DNA of 55,858 nt, taken from a virus. Lineage: Duplodnaviria > Heunggongvirae > Uroviricota > Caudoviricetes. A program made the position numbers and the translations under genes. The notes under the pieces are model-generated. The model was not told the origin of the DNA. It did no database searches and was given only the letters and a program-made list of their open reading frames with translations. The DNA lies in the IMG/VR virus record IMGVR_UViG_3300027601_000004; one strand, given 5' to 3'. Shown one piece after another: positions 9,420 to 17,433 of the stretch. Every line of letters starts with the position of its first letter. Positions within the stretch are counted from its first letter, which is position 1.

Positions 9420-10586
9420 GTGATTAACAAAAACTTGGGTTATTATGTTTGCGGTGGTATTGAGTTTTCATCAAAGGTTGATGCTTGCCTTTATGGTAAG
9501 ACTGTAAACAAACCTGTTGAGTGGGTTTTTCATAATGATGAGTTTTCAAGATTCCCATGGAATATCGAGCCACTAGAAACACTTGACCAGTTGTATGATA
9601 GAAGAGCCAGAGAACTCAGAGAGAAGTATGATTATATTATCTTGAGTTTCTCTGGTGGTTCAGACACAAATAATATTCTTGAAAGTTTCATTCGTCAAGG
9701 ATTGCATATTGATGAAGTTGTAACTAACCATATCACGTCAGCAACAAAATCAACTACAGTATTAGATCCAAATGTTAAAGACAGTTGGAACTTTGCTGCA
9801 GAACACGATCTCCAAGCAGTTCCAAGATTAAAATACATTAGAGAAAAATGTCCAGGGACTAAGATAACAGTTCTCGATGTAAGTCAAGTAGTCCTCAATT
9901 CAATGAATGTGTTTGATGATGTTGATTGGGTTCTTCATAGAAACGATCACCTTTCTATTGGTCAACTATTCAGATACAACTATTTCCATTTTGGTGAAAT
10001 GAAGAATCAATTCGATAAAAACTTAAAGATTGGATTGATAGTTGGTCTTGATAAACCAAAGTTGGTAATCAAAGGTGACAACAATTTCTATATCTATTTC
10101 CCAGACTCAGTTGTAAACATTACAACTATCAATGACTTCAATCAAGACTACACCAATTTAACAACAGAGTTATTCTACTGGGGCAAAGAAACTCTACCGA
10201 TGTTAGCTAAACAAGCACATACGGTTAAACGCTGGTTAGAAACTAATCCAAAATTTCAGCAGTATTGGAAATCAAGCACATTCGCCACAGTCAGAACGCA
10301 TCAAGAACAGCTTCTTAGAAATTTAATATATACAACTTGGGATGATAATTGGTTCCAAGTAAATAAATCTACGAGTTGGTTTAATACTGAATTTGATATA
10401 TGGTTTAAAACTAACCCCAGTATGAAAAAAGAATTGAGCATGTGGAGTCGTGGTATAGATTATTTGGCTCAGCAACTACCAGAATACATAACTTATGATT
10501 CTAAAGGTAGACCTGATGCCATGAAACAATTTAAACACGAATACTTAATCGGAAGAATGAAACCAAATTTTATAGTTAAGATATGA
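9420..10586 (+). CDS. PP-loop (adenine nucleotide alpha-hydrolase superfamily) protein
   Basis: IILSFSGGSDT PP-loop motif. Confidence 0.65.
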   Translation: MINKNLGYYVCGGIEFSSKVDACLYGKTVNKPVEWVFHNDEFSRFPWNIEPLETLDQLYDRRARELREKYDYIILSFSGGSDTNNILESFIRQGLHIDEVVTNHITSATKSTTVLDPNVKDSWNFAAEHDLQAVPRLKYIREKCPGTKITVLDVSQVVLNSMNVFDDVDWVLHRNDHLSIGQLFRYNYFHFGEMKNQFDKNLKIGLIVGLDKPKLVIKGDNNFYIYFPDSVVNITTINDFNQDYTNLTTELFYWGKETLPMLAKQAHTVKRWLETNPKFQQYWKSSTFATVRTHQEQLLRNLIYTTWDDNWFQVNKSTSWFNTEFDIWFKTNPSMKKELSMWSRGIDYLAQQLPEYITYDSKGRPDAMKQFKHEYLIGRMKPNFIVKI

Positions 10587-11731
10587 ATATTGCACTTATT
10601 TCCAAATCTTCTAGTTATGACCATCTTGCTTCAAAATTTCAAAAGCAAGGACATAGTGTAGAAGTTTTCTACGACCAAGCACTTAAATTGACAACTATAC
10701 CAAAATTTGTGATGGCTTCTGGTATTCCTGTTTGTAGAGACAGTTATGTTCATACACTTTTAACAAATAATAAAATACCATATTTCTTTGTTAATAATAA
10801 ATGCACAGAGTATGAGAATGATAAATTTGTCACCAAAAAGATGTTGAGATCTTTAAATATCCCAACGCCAAATGGTGAACTTGTTAATGGTGCAGAACTA
10901 AAAACTAATTTTAGAAATTATAAAACACCATTCGTAGTTAAAGTCAACTACGCATATTTTTATGGTAGACAGACTGTAATTGTAACTGAAGAAAATAGAG
11001 AAGATGTTTATAACTCTTTGTTCGGTAAAAGTCTGTATCATATAAAAGATAATGCGAGTGTTGTTGTTGAAGAATTTGTTGAGTTGGAAAGAGAATACTC
11101 ATATCATGCGCTGTTCAATTATAATTCTTGGAGATTCTTTGGAGCAGCCAGAGATTATAAGAAAATTGATGATGGCGATGTGGGGTATAACTCCGTAAGT
11201 TGTGGCGCATATTCAACTCAAGACGTTGATAAGATTGTTCACGAATACGCTGATAAAATTTACAAACATTTCAAGAAATTGAATCTTATGTATCGTGGGT
11301 TTATATTCTTGGGAATTGGTGTTAGAAAAGATGGAACTCCGATGATTCTGGAGATTAATACCAGAAGTGGTGATCCAGAATTGCAGGTGATGGTTGAGTG
11401 TATAGAGAACGATCTAGCAAGATTATTTCTTGATGCTAGCTGTGATTATAGATTACCAGAAATTAAATTTAATGGTAAGCAAGCTGTAACTATTTCATTA
11501 ATTAATAAACACTATGACTGGACAATCCCAGCTTACGACTTACCAGATTTAAAAGATATCCCAAGTAATATAACATATAGTAAAGATCATTTTGCTGATG
11601 GATTAAAACATGGAGTATTGACTGCTGTATCAGAAACCAAAGAAAAAGCCAGTAAAATTATTTACGATTATCTTGATAATCAATATTTGGGGCAATATCG
11701 TTACAGGAAAGACATAGGGTTATTAAAATGA
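10583..11731 (+). CDS. ATP-grasp ligase, PurD/GARS-like
   Basis: PFVVKV, VVVEEFV..EREYS, RDYKK..DGD.G.N, YRGFIFLG, LEINTRSGDPELQ (PurD EFNxRFGDPE). Confidence 0.8.
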   Translation: MNIALISKSSSYDHLASKFQKQGHSVEVFYDQALKLTTIPKFVMASGIPVCRDSYVHTLLTNNKIPYFFVNNKCTEYENDKFVTKKMLRSLNIPTPNGELVNGAELKTNFRNYKTPFVVKVNYAYFYGRQTVIVTEENREDVYNSLFGKSLYHIKDNASVVVEEFVELEREYSYHALFNYNSWRFFGAARDYKKIDDGDVGYNSVSCGAYSTQDVDKIVHEYADKIYKHFKKLNLMYRGFIFLGIGVRKDGTPMILEINTRSGDPELQVMVECIENDLARLFLDASCDYRLPEIKFNGKQAVTISLINKHYDWTIPAYDLPDLKDIPSNITYSKDHFADGLKHGVLTAVSETKEKASKIIYDYLDNQYLGQYRYRKDIGLLK

Positions 11732-12144
11732 ACGAGAACTTCGTTGTGCACTCATCAGAAAAATTGGCAATGACTCCTGCTTTGCCATTAGTTCTAACTA
11801 CATATGCTGAGTTAATACAATCTAATTTGGCAGTTCCATTTATTACCTTTAACAATGATAGTAGAATTATTTGGGTTGAAAAACATGGGGTTGTTATAGG
11901 TGGTATTGTTTGGGAGTATAAACCTGACATAAACTGTGGTTGGATAATTCTAAGTTTCACACATAAAGATTATCGTAGACAGGGTGTGAATAAACTATGC
12001 TATAAAGTTTTAGAAGAATCCAGTAAAAAACTGGGTGCGTCTCATTTGTCTAGTTTTGTTTCTATCAATAATAAAAGTCGTGTTGATAGTATGAATTCCG
12101 TTGGAATGAAGCCAGTTGCATATAGAACACATAAGAAGTTATAA
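11728..12144 (+). CDS. GNAT family acetyltransferase
   Basis: HKDYRRQGVNK acetyl-CoA binding motif A. Confidence 0.8.
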   Translation: MNENFVVHSSEKLAMTPALPLVLTTYAELIQSNLAVPFITFNNDSRIIWVEKHGVVIGGIVWEYKPDINCGWIILSFTHKDYRRQGVNKLCYKVLEESSKKLGASHLSSFVSINNKSRVDSMNSVGMKPVAYRTHKKL

Positions 12145-12147
12145 ATA
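12140..12147 (+). promoter_or_regulatory. T4-type late promoter
   Basis: TATAAATA immediately upstream of iscU. Confidence 0.65.
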
Positions 12148-12153
12148 GTTCTT

Positions 12154-12540
12154 ATGGCATATTCAAACAAAGTTATCGATCACTACGAGAATCCACGCAA
12201 CGTGGGTTCTTTGGATAAAAACGACCCAACAGTTGGAACTGGAATGGTTGGTGCACCAGCATGCGGTGACGTAATGAAACTCCAAATTAAGGTTGACGAT
12301 AATGGTATTATTACTGATGCCAAGTTTAAAACATATGGTTGCGGAAGTGCAATTGCTTCGTCATCGCTGGTAACAGAAATGGTTAAGGGTATGTCTATCA
12401 AAGATGCATCCCAAATTAAAAATAGCCAGATAGCTGACGAACTTGCACTACCTCCTGTTAAAATTCACTGCTCGATTTTAGCAGAAGATGCAATTAAAGC
12501 AGCAGTTAAAGACTACGAACTAAAGTGTTCATGTAAATGA
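12154..12540 (+). CDS. iscU: Fe-S cluster scaffold protein IscU
   Basis: YSNKVIDHYENPRNVG, GAPACGDVM, FKTYGCGSAIASSS, LPPVKIHCS. Confidence 0.97.
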   Translation: MAYSNKVIDHYENPRNVGSLDKNDPTVGTGMVGAPACGDVMKLQIKVDDNGIITDAKFKTYGCGSAIASSSLVTEMVKGMSIKDASQIKNSQIADELALPPVKIHCSILAEDAIKAAVKDYELKCSCK

Positions 12541-12839
12541 TTACAGTTACAGAAAACGCAATAAACAAAATCACAGACTTACTTGCTGAAAATCAAGAAA
12601 GTTATCTTCGCATCGCTGTTAAAGGTGGTGGTTGTTCTGGATATTCATACACGTTTGAATTCTCAGACAAAGAAGAAGATGATTTTCTTATAGACAATGT
12701 AGTCGTAGACTATATGAGCATGCAATATTTGACTGGTGCAACAGTTGATTATGAAACCAAAGCATTTGAACAAGCGTTCAAAATCACAAATCCCAACGCA
12801 AAGCAAACTTGCGGATGCGGTTCTTCCTTCGCTGCATAA
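12537..12839 (+). CDS. iscA: A-type Fe-S carrier (IscA/ErpA, HesB family)
   Basis: GGGCSGYSY and NPNAKQTCGCGSSF motifs. Confidence 0.93.
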   Translation: MITVTENAINKITDLLAENQESYLRIAVKGGGCSGYSYTFEFSDKEEDDFLIDNVVVDYMSMQYLTGATVDYETKAFEQAFKITNPNAKQTCGCGSSFAA

Positions 12840-12842
12840 AAA

Positions 12843-12864
12843 TAGTGAGTCGTCACTACTTTTT
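12843..12864 (+). terminator. intrinsic terminator after iscA
   Basis: TAGTGA-GTCG-TCACTA hairpin followed by CTTTTT. Confidence 0.6.
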
Positions 12865-13016
12865 ATCCTGAAGTAAAACTTTCCACTTACATTTTATAAG
12901 TAGTTCTAGAGGGCGAGGTTCACGACCTTTCCCATTGAATGACGTCAATTCATCATGCTAGAACGTGGTATCCCTACCACTGTAGTAAAATCTCATAAAG
13001 TTTTAAAGGAAGTAAA

Positions 13017-13781
13017 ATGGCAGAAGTATTATCCCCAACAGGTATGTTAATGGGTGGCAGCAACGATGGTCTTTTCGGTGGAGGTGGTGGTTTAATCGGT
13101 GGTCTTATCCTCGGTTCTCTACTACGCAACAACGGAAATCTCTTCGGCGCAGATGGTGGAGCAGCAGGTGCAGCTCTTCGTTCACCACCAGAGCAAGTAA
13201 CGGCTAACATGTCATTGATGCAAGCAGTTGGTGCTGTTGATAAAGCAGTAGCAGTTGGTACAGCAGCAATGGAAGCGAGCCAAGCAACTCAAACTATCGG
13301 TATTACAAGTCAACTGAACAATGTGACTTCATCACTTGCGAATCGTATTGATGACACTAAAGCAGCAGTTAACTCTGGTACTATGGTTCTTGCTCAGCAG
13401 TTGAATGGTGTTCAGCAACAAGTAATGGAAAATCGTTACCAGTTGGCACAAGACATCAACAATGATGGCGACAAAACTCGTGCATTGATTACTGCTCAAT
13501 ACGAAGCAACATTGAATCGTCAGTTGTCTGATGCTAACGCAGCAGTAATTGCTTTACAAGCACGTTTCGATACAGCAGAACGCACTCGTGGTGTTGAAGT
13601 GACTACAACTAACAACATCAATCAGATGCAACAACAACAGCAGCAACAACAACAGTATGGCCACCTATACAATGCCATCTGGGGTCTTGCACAATCTATT
13701 CGTTCCAACAATGAAGCAATCAATGTAGGTTCTGGTACTCTAACTGCTAACCCAGTTAACACCAACACTAACATTAGATAA
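13017..13781 (+). CDS. Gly-rich, coiled-coil, poly-Gln hypothetical protein (probably late/structural)
   Basis: 254 aa, SD AAGGA; Gly-rich hydrophobic N-terminus, heptad region, QQQQQQQQ. Confidence 0.8.
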   Translation: MAEVLSPTGMLMGGSNDGLFGGGGGLIGGLILGSLLRNNGNLFGADGGAAGAALRSPPEQVTANMSLMQAVGAVDKAVAVGTAAMEASQATQTIGITSQLNNVTSSLANRIDDTKAAVNSGTMVLAQQLNGVQQQVMENRYQLAQDINNDGDKTRALITAQYEATLNRQLSDANAAVIALQARFDTAERTRGVEVTTTNNINQMQQQQQQQQQYGHLYNAIWGLAQSIRSNNEAINVGSGTLTANPVNTNTNIR

Positions 13782-13790
13782 TCTAACAAA

Positions 13791-13813
13791 CACCCACTTC
13801 GGTGGGTGTGTTT
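13791..13813 (+). terminator. UUCG hairpin/terminator-like element
   Basis: CACCCAC-TTCG-GTGGGTG followed by TGTTT. Confidence 0.55.
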
Positions 13814-13822
13814 GGAGCTTGT

Positions 13823-14236
13823 ATGGATCAAAGTCAATATCAGGGAATTAATCCATTGGTTTATTTTCCACCATTCCCACCATTCCCAGTTTTACCTACT
13901 ACAGCATGTGGTAATGATAACGATGTTATCAATGTCGTTAACTATGCAAAACCAAGTCCAGTTCCTGTAACTGAAGTCACCACACCAGAGTATACTGCTA
14001 CACTTGCAGATTATTTTTTATGTGTAACTCATGCAGGACAAGTAGTTATTACACTACCAACTGGAATTACGGGAACTGTGTATATCATTAAGGATTGTGA
14101 TGGTAATGCATCACCAACAACACCAATTATAGTTCAAGGAACAGGTGAAAATGTTGATATTGGCACTGCCACTATTAACACATCGTTTGGTAGCATCACC
14201 GTAATCTTTAATGGAGATGCGTGGAGTATTGTGTGA
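13823..14236 (+). CDS. small beta-rich protein, paralog A of a 4-member family (tail-fibre-module-like)
   Basis: ATG at 13823 with GGAG SD; ITLP.G..G...IKD...IT...I...FGS..V..NG..W.IV C-terminus. Confidence 0.75.
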   Translation: MDQSQYQGINPLVYFPPFPPFPVLPTTACGNDNDVINVVNYAKPSPVPVTEVTTPEYTATLADYFLCVTHAGQVVITLPTGITGTVYIIKDCDGNASPTTPIIVQGTGENVDIGTATINTSFGSITVIFNGDAWSIV

Positions 14237-14499
14237 TGTTAATCTTCACCAAAACTAAGGTTGAATCTCCAGAGAGCATCGAGGGCGAGAATCTTGCTGC
14301 CCATGTAATTCTTTCTCGTCAGAGACACGATTCCATTCAATCACGTATGGATGAAATTGAAGACAGACAGATTAAACTTGAAAGTAGAGAAAGCGATCTG
14401 CGATCTTATATTCTCAAGACTATTACAACAGCAGCATTTGCTTTGCTATCTTCTGCAGTTTCTCTCGGTATTATGATTTCTGATTTTGTTAAACATTAA
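14236..14499 (+). CDS. coiled-coil protein with C-terminal TM helix (XhlA/holin-like architecture)
   Basis: heptad segment followed by a hydrophobic helix. Confidence 0.6.
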   Translation: MLIFTKTKVESPESIEGENLAAHVILSRQRHDSIQSRMDEIEDRQIKLESRESDLRSYILKTITTAAFALLSSAVSLGIMISDFVKH

Positions 14500-14523
14500 G
14501 CTCTAAAAGATTAAGGAAACAAT

Positions 14524-14922
14524 ATGTCTTATTCAAATAATCCTACCTCGATTCTTGCGGGAACAGGTATTTCTGTTTCGCCGACATCGGGAACAGGTTC
14601 AAATCAAATTACCATATCAGCAACTGGCATACAAACTCTGGCAGTTCGTATTGCAACCACAACTCCAGTAGCAGTGACTAATGATGATGATGTAGTTTCA
14701 GTTGAAGTAACCCCACAAGTACCAGTTGCAGTGACACTACCAGCTGGAGTTACAGGTCGTGTATTTAATATTAAAGATGGGTTGGGTTTGGCAAATAATC
14801 CAAATCCAATCACCATTACTCCAGCAGCAGGAACTATTGATGGCGCAGCCACTGCAACTATCAACGTCCCATATGGTTCATTGGCACTAGTGTATTCTGG
14901 TGTTGAGTGGAAAATTTTATAA
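14524..14922 (+). CDS. small beta-rich protein, paralog B
   Basis: VTLPAGVTGRVFNIKDG...ITITP..GTIDG....INVPYGSL.LVYSG.EW.IL. Confidence 0.8.
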   Translation: MSYSNNPTSILAGTGISVSPTSGTGSNQITISATGIQTLAVRIATTTPVAVTNDDDVVSVEVTPQVPVAVTLPAGVTGRVFNIKDGLGLANNPNPITITPAAGTIDGAATATINVPYGSLALVYSGVEWKIL

Positions 14923-14931
14923 GGATAAAAT

Positions 14932-15456
14932 ATGTCATATCTAGTCCCAATAGGAACGACAACTGATCTTGGTCAACTTCAAGTTGGATCCAATATTAAC
15001 GTTGATTTAAATGGTATCATATCCATTCCACAAAGCATTGAAATTACATCTGATGTTACATTTGATGAGATTGATGCAACCACTGCCATAACCCTCAATG
15101 GAACACCAGTTGTTTACAAACTTCTAGCTGGAGATAACATTAGTTTATCTGCTGCAAGTGGTGTTGTAACAATATCTGCAGCAACTGAAGGTATTCTTAA
15201 AACAACTGGAACTGCTACAAACTACACAGCAACAGCCACTGATGAATATATTGGTGTTACTGCCACCCCTGCTTTAATTACATTACCTGCAGGTGTTGTT
15301 GGCAAAACATACATTATTAAAAATGAAGCTGCATCTGGTAACACAACTGTAAAGGGTACTGGTGCTGAATTTATTGATGGAACTGCGACAAAAACATTGA
15401 CTAGCTATGCAAGTCTCTCAGTTGTGTTCCGTAATGGTAAGTGGAATATTATTTAA
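14932..15456 (+). CDS. small beta-rich protein, paralog C
   Basis: LGQLQVGSNINV repeat; ITLPAGVVGKTYIIKN...IDG...Y.SLSVVF.NG.WNII. Confidence 0.8.
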   Translation: MSYLVPIGTTTDLGQLQVGSNINVDLNGIISIPQSIEITSDVTFDEIDATTAITLNGTPVVYKLLAGDNISLSAASGVVTISAATEGILKTTGTATNYTATATDEYIGVTATPALITLPAGVVGKTYIIKNEAASGNTTVKGTGAEFIDGTATKTLTSYASLSVVFRNGKWNII

Positions 15457-15468
15457 TTGGAGAAATAG

Positions 15469-15966
15469 ATGTCTTACACTAGACCGCCAAATGCAGTCCT
15501 TGCTGGAAGAGCATTAAAGCAGAATCCTGAGCCATCTCCCATACAACCAACTGGTGTATTGCCAGTATCTTTGGATGTTGAGATTGCTTCAAAGAATCAG
15601 TTAGGTGTTGTTCAAATCGGCAGCGGAATTGAAGTAACAGAGGATGGTCTTATTTCCGTCACAGGAGAAGACGATTCAAACTGTATTTTAAATGCTACAC
15701 TTGTAAGCGAATCTTACAACGTTGCTGAAGATGATTGTTATATTGGTGTTGATGCAGAAAAAGCTACTACAATAACATTACCAACAAATCCTGTAAAGGG
15801 TAAAGTTATTATTGTTAAAGCTGAAATGAAACCACCACTGGGTAATCGTAAAATTACAATTACTACAGATGATGGAACATTGATCGATGGATATCAAAAC
15901 TGCATCATACAAGTTTCCAATGAAACGGTAAGATTATTGTTTAGAGATGGTTGGCGTATAATTTAA
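15469..15966 (+). CDS. small beta-rich protein, paralog D
   Basis: LGVVQIGSGIEV repeat; ITLPTNPVKGK..IVK..ITITTDDG.LIDG...V.LLF.DGW.II. Confidence 0.8.
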   Translation: MSYTRPPNAVLAGRALKQNPEPSPIQPTGVLPVSLDVEIASKNQLGVVQIGSGIEVTEDGLISVTGEDDSNCILNATLVSESYNVAEDDCYIGVDAEKATTITLPTNPVKGKVIIVKAEMKPPLGNRKITITTDDGTLIDGYQNCIIQVSNETVRLLFRDGWRII

Positions 15967-15977
15967 GGAGAACGAAA

Positions 15978-16223
15978 ATGAAAAAAATGGTAAAAACCAT
16001 TGTTGTAGAAAAAATGGATGATGGAACTATTTGTATAGATCACAATTTGTTGCATCGTCTATTATCTTGGTCAATGGCATATGCAAAGAGTGACGATGAT
16101 ATCGTACACTTGGTAGATGCAGTTGTGCAAGAAAGTGATGATGGAGACACTCTCACAATGAAACACTACACATACATCGCAGATAGAATGGCGAAGCACG
16201 CAGCGAAAGCACAAGAAGCGTGA
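15978..16223 (+). CDS. hypothetical protein
   Basis: ATG at 15978 after AAGGAG SD; last gene of the late cluster. Confidence 0.65.
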   Translation: MKKMVKTIVVEKMDDGTICIDHNLLHRLLSWSMAYAKSDDDIVHLVDAVVQESDDGDTLTMKHYTYIADRMAKHAAKAQEA

Positions 16224-16434
16224 TAACCATTCTCGGTTTGATTGTTGTCCGAAAACAACAATAATTTAAGGTAAGCGTACTACCTAAACAGACGTCGGTT
16301 TTTCTGTTGTCCGATAACAACAGATTTTTTCACATTTATTTTACTTTTATTCAAAACACAGGTAAAATTTGACTAAATAGATTACTGGCTGAAAATAATA
16401 ACCCTGCAAGAAGTAGGGTTATTAAATTTAGTGC

Positions 16435-16463
16435 TTTACTTTAATTCAGAAAAGGTGTATAAT
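16435..16463 (+). promoter_or_regulatory. sigma70-type early promoter of the tRNA array
   Basis: TTTACT-N17-TATAAT, inverted repeat at 16398-16422. Confidence 0.85.
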
Positions 16464-16469
16464 TCTTAC

Positions 16470-16589
16470 ATGAACTCGAAAATGATATCCTTAGGCAGAA
16501 AGCATCTACCACTTAATAGTGGATGGTCATGCTCACGCCCACAGTATACATTTGCGATTGAGTTAGACACTGGGGGTTTTGTAAAGTAA
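16470..16589 (+). CDS. putative leaderless attenuator leader peptide (39 aa, all 20 amino acids)
   Basis: MNSKMISLGRKHLPLNSGWSCSRPQYTFAIELDTGGFVK*; ATG 7 nt after the -10 box; 3' end overlaps antiterminator strand. Confidence 0.6.
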   Translation: MNSKMISLGRKHLPLNSGWSCSRPQYTFAIELDTGGFVK

Positions 16590-16611
16590 ACTAATACAAA
16601 GTTTGTTTTCC

Positions 16612-16650
16612 AAAACCCCTGCGATGAAAATCCAGGGGTTTTTTGTTTTT
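16612..16650 (+). terminator. attenuator terminator upstream of tRNA array
   Basis: AAAACCCCTG-C-GAT-GAAA-ATC-CAGGGGTTTT followed by TTGTTTTT. Confidence 0.85.
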
Positions 16651-16695
16651 AGGGCATCGTCCCATCTGTTCTTTAAAAATTTGCGTACCAAATGT

Positions 16696-16769
16696 TCCCG
16701 AATGGTGTAGTGGTAGCACAGCAGACTTTGACTCTGTTAGTATAAGTTCGATTCTTATTTCGGGTGCCA
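16696..16769 (+). tRNA. tRNA-Gln(TTG)
   Basis: cloverleaf, loop CT-TTG-AC, encoded CCA. Confidence 0.93.
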
Positions 16770-16852
16770 TATTAAAACATATTGCAGTGGGTCTGTAAGT
16801 ATGAGTCGCATTCGCAAGAGTGTCCGTGGACTGGATGTAGTGTGTTTTAATA
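16770..16852 (+). ncRNA. unknown structured RNA between tRNA-Gln and tRNA-Lys
   Basis: ~17-bp closing stem with G:U pairs; inner GCAA tetraloop hairpin. Confidence 0.55.
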
Positions 16853-16853
16853 T

Positions 16854-16927
16854 GGGAGTATAACTTAATGGTAAAGTAGCTGGCTTTTAACCAGCAAATC
16901 AGAGTTCAATTCTCTGTGCTCCTACCA
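16854..16927 (+). tRNA. tRNA-Lys(TTT)
   Basis: cloverleaf, GCTGG-CT-TTT-AA-CCAGC, CCA. Confidence 0.95.
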
Positions 16928-16937
16928 AAGTTACTAT

Positions 16938-17013
16938 GGTGTTTATAGTGTAGTGGTCTGCACATCTCGCTGTGACCGAGATAGTATGAGTTCAATCCTC
17001 ATTAAACACCCCA
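16938..17013 (+). tRNA. tRNA-His(GTG)
   Basis: G-1 present, TCTCG-CT-GTG-AC-CGAGA, C73+CCA. Confidence 0.93.
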
Positions 17014-17015
17014 AT

Positions 17016-17091
17016 GCTGCTTTAGCTGATGTGGTCATAGCAGGGGTCTGAAGAACCTCGGAAAGTAGTTCGATTCTACTAGGCAGCACCA
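17016..17091 (+). tRNA. tRNA-Phe(GAA)
   Basis: cloverleaf, loop CT-GAA-GA, CCA. Confidence 0.92.
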
Positions 17092-17092
17092 T

Positions 17093-17167
17093 ACCCGATT
17101 AGCTCAGTGGTAGAGCAATCGCTTGATAAGCGATAGGTGAGTGGATCGTTACCACTATCGGGTACCA
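17093..17167 (+). tRNA. tRNA-Ile(GAT)
   Basis: ATCGC-TT-GAT-AA-GCGAT, CCA. Confidence 0.93.
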
Positions 17168-17174
17168 AGTTTAT

Positions 17175-17249
17175 GCAGGATTAATTCAGTGGTAGAATGT
17201 TTCGTTGCCAACGAAAATGTCATCGGTTCGAACCCGATATCCTGCTCCA
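17175..17249 (+). tRNA. tRNA-Gly(GCC)
   Basis: TTTCG-TT-GCC-AA-CGAAA, U73+CCA. Confidence 0.95.
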
Positions 17250-17257
17250 GTTATTAT

Positions 17258-17333
17258 GGGACGTTAACTCAGTTGGTAGAGTTCCTGCCTTACACGCAGG
17301 CTGTCGGGAGTTCGAGTCTCTCACGTCCCACCA
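17258..17333 (+). tRNA. tRNA-Val(TAC)
   Basis: CCTGC-CT-TAC-AC-GCAGG, CCA. Confidence 0.95.
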
Positions 17334-17338
17334 AATAT

Positions 17339-17428
17339 GGAAGTGTGGCAGAGTCTGGTTTATTGCACCTGTCTTGAAAACAGACGATCAGAAATGGTCC
17401 GTGAGTTCGAATCTCACCGCTTCCGCCA
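17339..17428 (+). tRNA. tRNA-Ser(TGA)
   Basis: long variable arm, loop CT-TGA-AA, G73+CCA. Confidence 0.94.
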
Positions 17429-17433
17429 AATTT

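Noticed and set aside
10583-11731. Calling the ATP-grasp gene purD
   Set aside because: N-terminal domain is divergent and context is non-purine; symbol withheld.
13622-13837. Minus-strand ORF ending in poly-Cys
   Set aside because: Antisense of the CAA/CAG poly-Gln tract in the 13017 gene.
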